NCBI GenBank assembly: GCA_963422395.1
Contig: OY729431.1
Coordinates: forward strand, 1,888,001 to 1,952,000
DNA: 64,000 bases
Origin: Vicinamibacteria bacterium
GTDB taxonomy: Bacteria; Acidobacteriota; Vicinamibacteria; Marinacidobacterales; Marinacidobacteraceae
Direction of reading: 5' to 3'
This document shows positions 58,335-64,000 of this stretch, piece after piece. Within the stretch, counting starts at the first letter, position 1, and each line of letters starts with the position of its first letter. Below the pieces are notes generated by a model. The model had not been told where the DNA came from and ran no database searches. It worked only from the letters and a program-made list of their open reading frames with translations. A program made the position numbers and the translations under genes.

Positions 58335-60779
58335 TCAGAAGGTCGTTCCGATCCCGAAGACGAAAGCCGTGGGCCGGTGGTAATAGTCCCGGTGAGGATT
58401 GTAAGCGAAGATCAGCCGGAACGGCACATTGAGCATCGGGATGAAGACCCGCATTTCGATCCCGGTGGAGGTGCGGAAGTTCTGAAGCATCGAGAAGCTC
58501 CAGGACTGCTCCTCGGCGAAGGCGTTGCCGGCGTCGAAGAACAGGATGGCCCGGAGAGGTCCGGCCAGCGGGATCGCGTACTCGGCGTTGAAGAGGAGCA
58601 TCTTGTTGCCGCCGAGGAGCTGGCCGCGTTCGTTGCGGGGCCCGACCGAGCGGATGTAGTAGCCCCGGATCTGGTATTCGCCGCCGAGGAAGAAGCGGTT
58701 GTAGTAGGGGACCCCGGTCTGCTCCACATTGAAGATGTCGAGCTCCTCACCTTTCGGCGGAGGGGTGCCGCCATAGCCGTGCAGGTAACTGCCCATCAGC
58801 CGGACCCCGAGCGAAGTGGCGCCTACGACCCGGGTGTGGAGCACGGTCTCCAGCGTGGGTTTGTAGTAGTGGACATTCCCGCCCAGCTGGCCGCCGGCCA
58901 CATCGAAGGACGCGGTGAGCTTGCGGCCGGTGCTCGGGAAGATCGGGTGGTCCACCGTGTTGTACACGAAGGTCGGGCTGATCTTGCTCTCCCGGAAGTT
59001 GCCCGACAGGCCGTAGAACCGGGGATCGAGGTAGGTGCTGTTGTAGTAGAGGTCGTAGAGGTTGAGGACGATGTCCGGATCCGGCTCGCGGATGGTGATC
59101 ACCGAGTAGCCGTAGTTGAGGAAAGCGCGCGACCAGCGGCCGATGGGAATGCCGAAGACCAGCCGCCCGCCGATGTCGTCGCGGGTGAACTCCCTCAGCT
59201 TCAAGGTCCGCTTGAAGACATCGAAGCCGAGGGTGACCGGCTTGTCCATGAAGTACGGATCGGTGATCGCGATCTGGTAGTTCTGCGTGCGCCGCCCGGT
59301 CTGGATGGTGAAGTTGGCGGTCTCGCCCCGGCCGAGGAAATTCGTGGTTCCGAACGAGGCGTTCACGAACACTCCCTCGAGACCCGAGACCCCGGCGCCG
59401 AAGGTGAGCTGGTTCCGGTTCTCCTCGACGAGATCGAGGGTGACATCGAGCCGGGTCTCGTCGTCCGGGCTCGGCTCGATCTCGGGTTGCTCGATGGGCC
59501 GGAAGTAGCCGAGCTGGTTGATGCGCTGGATGGACGCCTTGAGCAGCTCCATGTTCATGATGTCCTGCTCGTTGAGCCACATCTCGCGGCGGATCACCCG
59601 GTCCTTGGTGGTCGAATTCCCCCGGAACTCGATGCGGTTCACGAGGAACTGGTCCTCCTCGGCCAGGTTCACCACCACATCCACCACCCGCGCCTCGGGC
59701 CGGCGGTGCCAGGTCGGAAAGCCGGTGAACTGCACATAGCCCCGGGCGCCGTAGATCTCGCGCAGCGAATCGAGACCCTTCGTCACCCGGGACTCGTCGT
59801 ACACCTCCCCGGTCTCGAACGGGAAGAAGCTCCGCACCAGATCGGCGGGAAACACCTCGGCGCCCTCCACCGTGATCTCGCCGACCCGGTACTGCTCGCC
59901 CTCGACCACCGGAATCGTGATGTCCATCCATCGCTTCGGGCGCTTCCAGAACAGGAAGGACCGCGAAAAGCCGTCTTCGTATTCGAACTGCGGCGGACCG
60001 AAGGAAACATCGAGATAGCCGCGTTTCAGATACTCCTGCCGGACACTCTCGATGTCCTCGGCGTACTGCTCTTCGGTGTAGGTGGACCCGCCGAGCAGCG
60101 CTCCGAGCGCGTGGCTCTCCCGCGTCTTCTTCATCGCCCAGCGCAGCACCCAGTCGTCGAGCGCGAAGGCGCCCTCGAAGCGGATGCGGCGGATCCGGAT
60201 CTGCTGTTCGTCGCGGATGTCGAAGACCACACGGACGCCATTCGGCTGTTCGCTGATGTCGCTCGTCACCGCACCTTCGGTGCGGCCCTCGTCCACCAGC
60301 ATCTCTTCGATGATGTCGCGGGCGCGGACCACCTTCTCCGGATCGTAGGGAGCGCCTACCTCGATCTCGTTCCCTTCCTCCTCGAACTTTTCGAGGATGT
60401 CGTCGTCGTCGAGCTCCTCCGAGCCGACGAACTCGAGGCTCACCAGCCGCGGCCGTTCGTGGACCACGAACACGACCCGCTTGCCCCGTTCGCCGTCCCG
60501 CAGCTCGAGGCGGAGATCGTCGGCGAAACCGGTGTTCCAGAGGGTGCGGAATTCGGCCCGGAGCGCTTCCCGGTCCACCGGATCGCCCGGCTTCACCGTG
60601 AGATGCGCGAGCCAGGCATCGGTGGCGATCAGGTCGTTCCCCTCGATCACCACCGCCTCGACGGTTTCCTGCTGCGCGGGTAGGAACCCCGGGGGCGGCC
60701 CGCCGGCGGCAGCGGTTCCGGCTCCGAGCAGCACGGGCAGCAGCGCCGCCATCGCTGCGGCGAGGGAGAAGCGGGTCAT
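58335..60779 (-). CDS. bamA: Outer membrane protein assembly factor BamA
   Basis: POTRA repeats (IEFRGNSTTKDRVIRRE), NFLGRG, RFFLGGEYQIRGY, C-terminal FGIGTTF. Confidence 0.95.
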   Translation of the reverse strand: MTRFSLAAAMAALLPVLLGAGTAAAGGPPPGFLPAQQETVEAVVIEGNDLIATDAWLAHLTVKPGDPVDREALRAEFRTLWNTGFADDLRLELRDGERGKRVVFVVHERPRLVSLEFVGSEELDDDDILEKFEEEGNEIEVGAPYDPEKVVRARDIIEEMLVDEGRTEGAVTSDISEQPNGVRVVFDIRDEQQIRIRRIRFEGAFALDDWVLRWAMKKTRESHALGALLGGSTYTEEQYAEDIESVRQEYLKRGYLDVSFGPPQFEYEDGFSRSFLFWKRPKRWMDITIPVVEGEQYRVGEITVEGAEVFPADLVRSFFPFETGEVYDESRVTKGLDSLREIYGARGYVQFTGFPTWHRRPEARVVDVVVNLAEEDQFLVNRIEFRGNSTTKDRVIRREMWLNEQDIMNMELLKASIQRINQLGYFRPIEQPEIEPSPDDETRLDVTLDLVEENRNQLTFGAGVSGLEGVFVNASFGTTNFLGRGETANFTIQTGRRTQNYQIAITDPYFMDKPVTLGFDVFKRTLKLREFTRDDIGGRLVFGIPIGRWSRAFLNYGYSVITIREPDPDIVLNLYDLYYNSTYLDPRFYGLSGNFRESKISPTFVYNTVDHPIFPSTGRKLTASFDVAGGQLGGNVHYYKPTLETVLHTRVVGATSLGVRLMGSYLHGYGGTPPPKGEELDIFNVEQTGVPYYNRFFLGGEYQIRGYYIRSVGPRNERGQLLGGNKMLLFNAEYAIPLAGPLRAILFFDAGNAFAEEQSWSFSMLQNFRTSTGIEMRVFIPMLNVPFRLIFAYNPHRDYYHRPTAFVFGIGTTF

Positions 60780-63226
60780 CCGACGAGCACCTCCTCTCCC
60801 GAGGTCTGCGGAAGCAGTTCGCCCCCGCGCTGACGCACCACGAGTTCCCCCTTTTCGAGAACCATCTCCACCGGGACGCCCGGTCCCACTTCTCCGGTGA
60901 GCACCGCTTCCGAGAGGGGATCCTCGACATGCCGCTGGAGCGCCCGCCGCAGCGGGCGGGCACCGTAGGCGCGATCCTGAAGCGTGTTCCGGAGGAGGAA
61001 TGCCTCGGCTTCCGGCGAGAGTTCGACCGTGAGGCCGCGCTCGCCGAGTTCGCGGTTCATGCGCCGGATCATGCGCCGCAGGATCTCGGCGAGATCCGAT
61101 TCGGTCAGCATGTCGAAAACGACCACCGCGTCGAGGCGGTTCAGGAACTCGGGGCTGAAGGTCTTCTTCACTTCTCCCTGGATCAGTTCGCGCATCGCGC
61201 GCTTCCGCGGGTCCGGATCCGCCGACGCGAAACCGAGCGATGCCGGCTTCGAGAGGCGCCGCGCCCCGAGATTCGAAGTCATGATGATGATCGAATTCCG
61301 GAAATCCACCACATTCCCGAGGCCGTCGGTGAGCCGGCCGTCTTCGAAGACCTGCAAGAGCAGATTCCAGACATCGGGATGCGCCTTTTCGATCTCGTCG
61401 AGCAACAACACGCAATACGGGTTGCGGCGGACGCGCTCGGTCAGATGCCCGCCTTCCTCGTGTCCCACATAGCCCGGCGGCGAGCCGATGAACCGCGAGA
61501 CCGAGTGCCGTTCCAGGTACTCGCTCATGTCGAAACGCAGGAGCGCCTGTTCCGTTCCCAGGAGGAACTCGGCGAGCGAGCGAGCGACCTCGGTCTTCCC
61601 CACCCCGGACGGTCCCAGGAACAGGAAGACGCCGCCGGGCCGGAGCGGGCTCGCGAGCCCGGCGCGGGTGCGCCTGATGGCCCGCGCCACGCTCCCCACC
61701 GCCTCGTTCTGCCCCACGATCCGCTCATGGAGCTCTTTCTCGATCCGCAACAGCTTGCGGCTCTCTTCCTCCTCGATCGAGCCGAGCGGGATTCCGGTCC
61801 AGTCGGCCACCACCTCGTCTATGTCGCGGCGGGTCACCAGGGGCCGGTCCGCATCCCTGGTCTCCCAGCGGTTGCGGATCGCCGCGAGACTCTCACGCTC
61901 GGCGTTCTCCTGGTCCTGCGCCAGCGAGGCGCGCTCGAGGTCGTCCCCGGCCAGCGCCCGGTCCTTGCGTTCGCAAATGGCGCGGATCCGCTTGCGAACC
62001 TCGGCGAACTCCCTCGAGACACTGCTCTCGCGCAGCTTGACCCGCGAACCCGCCTCGTCGAGGAGGTCCACGGACTTGTCGGGAAGGAACCGATCGGTGA
62101 CATAGCGCTGCGCCTGGCGCACGGCCGCCTCGATCGCGTCCGGTGCGTAGTGGACATGGTGGTAGCGCTCGTAGCGCTGCTGCACTCCACGCAGGATGAC
62201 CAGCGTCTCCTCGTCGCCGGGCGCCTCCACCCGGACTCCCTGAAAACGCCGTTCGAGGCTCCGGTCGCGCTCGATATGCCGGCGGAATTCGGCCGGGGTG
62301 GTCGCTCCGATGCACTGGATGCCGTCGCGGGAAAGCGCGGGTTTCAGAATGTTCGCGGCGTCGAGCGAGCCCTCCGCCGAACCCGCGCCGACCAGAGTGT
62401 GCAGTTCGTCCACGAAGACGAGGAACGACGGCGATTCCTCGAGCTCCTTGATGATCGCCTTGAGCCGCTCTTCGAACTGCCCCCGGTATTTGGTTCCGGC
62501 CACCACCAGGGAGATGTCGAGCGAAACGATCCGGCGTTCGGCGAGGAAGATCGGGCACTCCCCGCTCACGATCCGGCTGGCGAGCCCCTCGACGATGGCC
62601 GTCTTGCCGGTCCCCGGCTCTCCGATGAGCACCGGGTTGTTCTTGCTGCGGCGGCATAGGACCTGGATCACCCGCTCCAGCTCCGCTCGCCGGCCGATCA
62701 GCGGGTCGAAAGCCCCTTCGCTGGCCGCCTGGGTCAGATCGCGGGAAAACTCGGCGAGCAGCGGAGTCTCGCGGAACCGCTGTCCGGCCTTCCTCCGGCC
62801 CCGTTCGAGGGCGATGGCTTCGCGGACGGTCGGGGCGCGCACCCCCTGCCGGGCGAGGATCGCGGCGGCCCCCGAGCCCGACTCCCGCAGCACGCCGAGC
62901 AACAGGTGTTCCGTCCCGATGTGTTCGTGATGCATCCGGTCCGCTTCTTCCTTCGCGTGCTCGAGCACCCGCTTCGACTCGGCGGAGAGCGGAATCCCCG
63001 CCGAAGTCGAAACGGTGTCCCGCAGCAGGACATGGCTCTGCACCTCACCGCGAACGCGTTCGATCGAGATGCGCAGCCGTCCGGCGACGGCAGCGGGAAG
63101 CTCCCGGAGGAGGCCGAGAAGCAGGTGTTCGGGTTCGATGGCGTTGCCTCCCAACTGCGACGCCTCGTGCCGCGCGAAATAGATGGCTCGCTTGGCGCGC
63201 TCTGTATAACGCTCGAACACTGGCAA
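60776..63226 (-). CDS. clpC: ATP-dependent Clp protease ATP-binding subunit (ClpC-like)
   Basis: [17 protein letters not shown] x2, [52 protein letters not shown]. Confidence 0.95.
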   Translation of the reverse strand: MPVFERYTERAKRAIYFARHEASQLGGNAIEPEHLLLGLLRELPAAVAGRLRISIERVRGEVQSHVLLRDTVSTSAGIPLSAESKRVLEHAKEEADRMHHEHIGTEHLLLGVLRESGSGAAAILARQGVRAPTVREAIALERGRRKAGQRFRETPLLAEFSRDLTQAASEGAFDPLIGRRAELERVIQVLCRRSKNNPVLIGEPGTGKTAIVEGLASRIVSGECPIFLAERRIVSLDISLVVAGTKYRGQFEERLKAIIKELEESPSFLVFVDELHTLVGAGSAEGSLDAANILKPALSRDGIQCIGATTPAEFRRHIERDRSLERRFQGVRVEAPGDEETLVILRGVQQRYERYHHVHYAPDAIEAAVRQAQRYVTDRFLPDKSVDLLDEAGSRVKLRESSVSREFAEVRKRIRAICERKDRALAGDDLERASLAQDQENAERESLAAIRNRWETRDADRPLVTRRDIDEVVADWTGIPLGSIEEEESRKLLRIEKELHERIVGQNEAVGSVARAIRRTRAGLASPLRPGGVFLFLGPSGVGKTEVARSLAEFLLGTEQALLRFDMSEYLERHSVSRFIGSPPGYVGHEEGGHLTERVRRNPYCVLLLDEIEKAHPDVWNLLLQVFEDGRLTDGLGNVVDFRNSIIIMTSNLGARRLSKPASLGFASADPDPRKRAMRELIQGEVKKTFSPEFLNRLDAVVVFDMLTESDLAEILRRMIRRMNRELGERGLTVELSPEAEAFLLRNTLQDRAYGARPLRRALQRHVEDPLSEAVLTGEVGPGVPVEMVLEKGELVVRQRGGELLPQTSGEEVLVG

Positions 63227-63270
63227 ACCCTCCGGCCCTGGAGATCCAGGAAGCCGCGGACGACCGGAAT

Positions 63271-63460
63271 TTAGCAGCCCGTGGACGAAGTCACACGGCA
63301 GTCGACCGGCGATGCCCAGTCCTCCCGGTGGGGGCCCCGGCTGAACCGCTTCGCTCTTCGTTGCGAATCAGTCGGAATACGCTCGGTATGCCTCCCGATT
63401 CGCGCCTTGTCCGCCAGGCGCCTCCCCGGTCTCGGTGCTCGCGCCACTTCATCCTGCTAG
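63271..63460 (-). mobile_element. Modular repeat element E9 (inverted relative to E1)
   Basis: TTAGCAGCCCGTGGACGAAGTCACACGG...GCGCCACTTCATCCTGCTAG. The terminal CTA is the lolD stop. Confidence 0.85.
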
Positions 63461-64000
63461 CAGCCGGCACCGACGGTCCCGGATCCGACGGACGCCGGAG
63501 CGAGCGATCCCCCCGAAAGACGCCAGACTACATCGCAGCGCCGGGCGACTTCCACGCTGTGGGTAGCGATGATCGAAGTGAGCCCGTGAGCGGCGTGGAG
63601 CGACGCCAGCAGGTCCAGCAACACCCCGCTCGACCCGGCGTCGAGATTGCCGGTGGGCTCGTCGGCCATCAACAGGCCCGGGCCGCCGGCGAGCGCCCGC
63701 GCCACCGCCACGCGCTGCTGTTCGCCGCCGCTGAGTTCCTCCGGGCGATGGCCGGCGCGGCCCGAGAGCCCCAGTTCGGCGAGCAGTTCCGCCGCCCGCG
63801 CCTCGGCGGCACGCCGCGGAATCCGACGGATCCGCAGCGGGAGGGAGGCGTTTTCGACAGCGCTCAGTTCGGGGAGCAGCCGGTGGTGCTGAAACACGAA
63901 CCCCACCTGGCGGTTGCGGAACGCCGCGGCCTCCCGTTCCGGGAGCTTCGAGACTTCCTGCCCGGCGAGGCGGAGGGCGCCCCGGTCCGGCCGGTCGAGC
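63457..64000 (-). CDS. lolD: LolD-like ABC transporter ATP-binding protein (5' partial)
   Basis: [42 protein letters not shown]. Confidence 0.85.
   Translation of the reverse strand, partial: LDRPDRGALRLAGQEVSKLPEREAAAFRNRQVGFVFQHHRLLPELSAVENASLPLRIRRIPRRAAEARAAELLAELGLSGRAGHRPEELSGGEQQRVAVARALAGGPGLLMADEPTGNLDAGSSGVLLDLLASLHAAHGLTSIIATHSVEVARRCDVVWRLSGGSLAPASVGSGTVGAGC

Overview
A high-GC bacterial chromosome segment. Gene content and order (lolD-clpC-bamA-skp-fabZ-tonB-spoIID, rpsA-ihfB) suggest Acidobacteriota, and a secreted ankyrin protein hints at a host-associated lifestyle such as a sponge symbiont; both are inferences. The window contains: (i) an IS5 element with a 4-bp TATT target duplication interrupting a secreted ankyrin-repeat gene; (ii) housekeeping genes (larC, tatD, polyprenyl synthase, rnpB, carAB, rpsA, ihfB, icmF, birA, comEA/comEC, clpC, bamA); (iii) a proline/hydroxyproline catabolic cluster (AcnX1/X2, NSS transporter, two ornithine cyclodeaminase-family genes, ProDH, DapA-like, FAH, LarA); (iv) a decayed type I R-M/defence island (46.7-53.5 kb) with an intact AlbA_2-HATPase gene, two TA modules, an integrase scar and an internal duplication. 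The most unusual signal is non-coding. About 10 dispersed, modular, hairpin-rich elements are bounded by the inverted repeat TAGCAGYCYGTGGAYGAAGT and often sit on gene stop codons. A 3.3 x 302-bp tandem array of a structured unit lies between carA and rpsA, and a diverged inverted copy of that unit, with compensatory stem changes, sits inside one of the dispersed elements. All alignments were made by eye.
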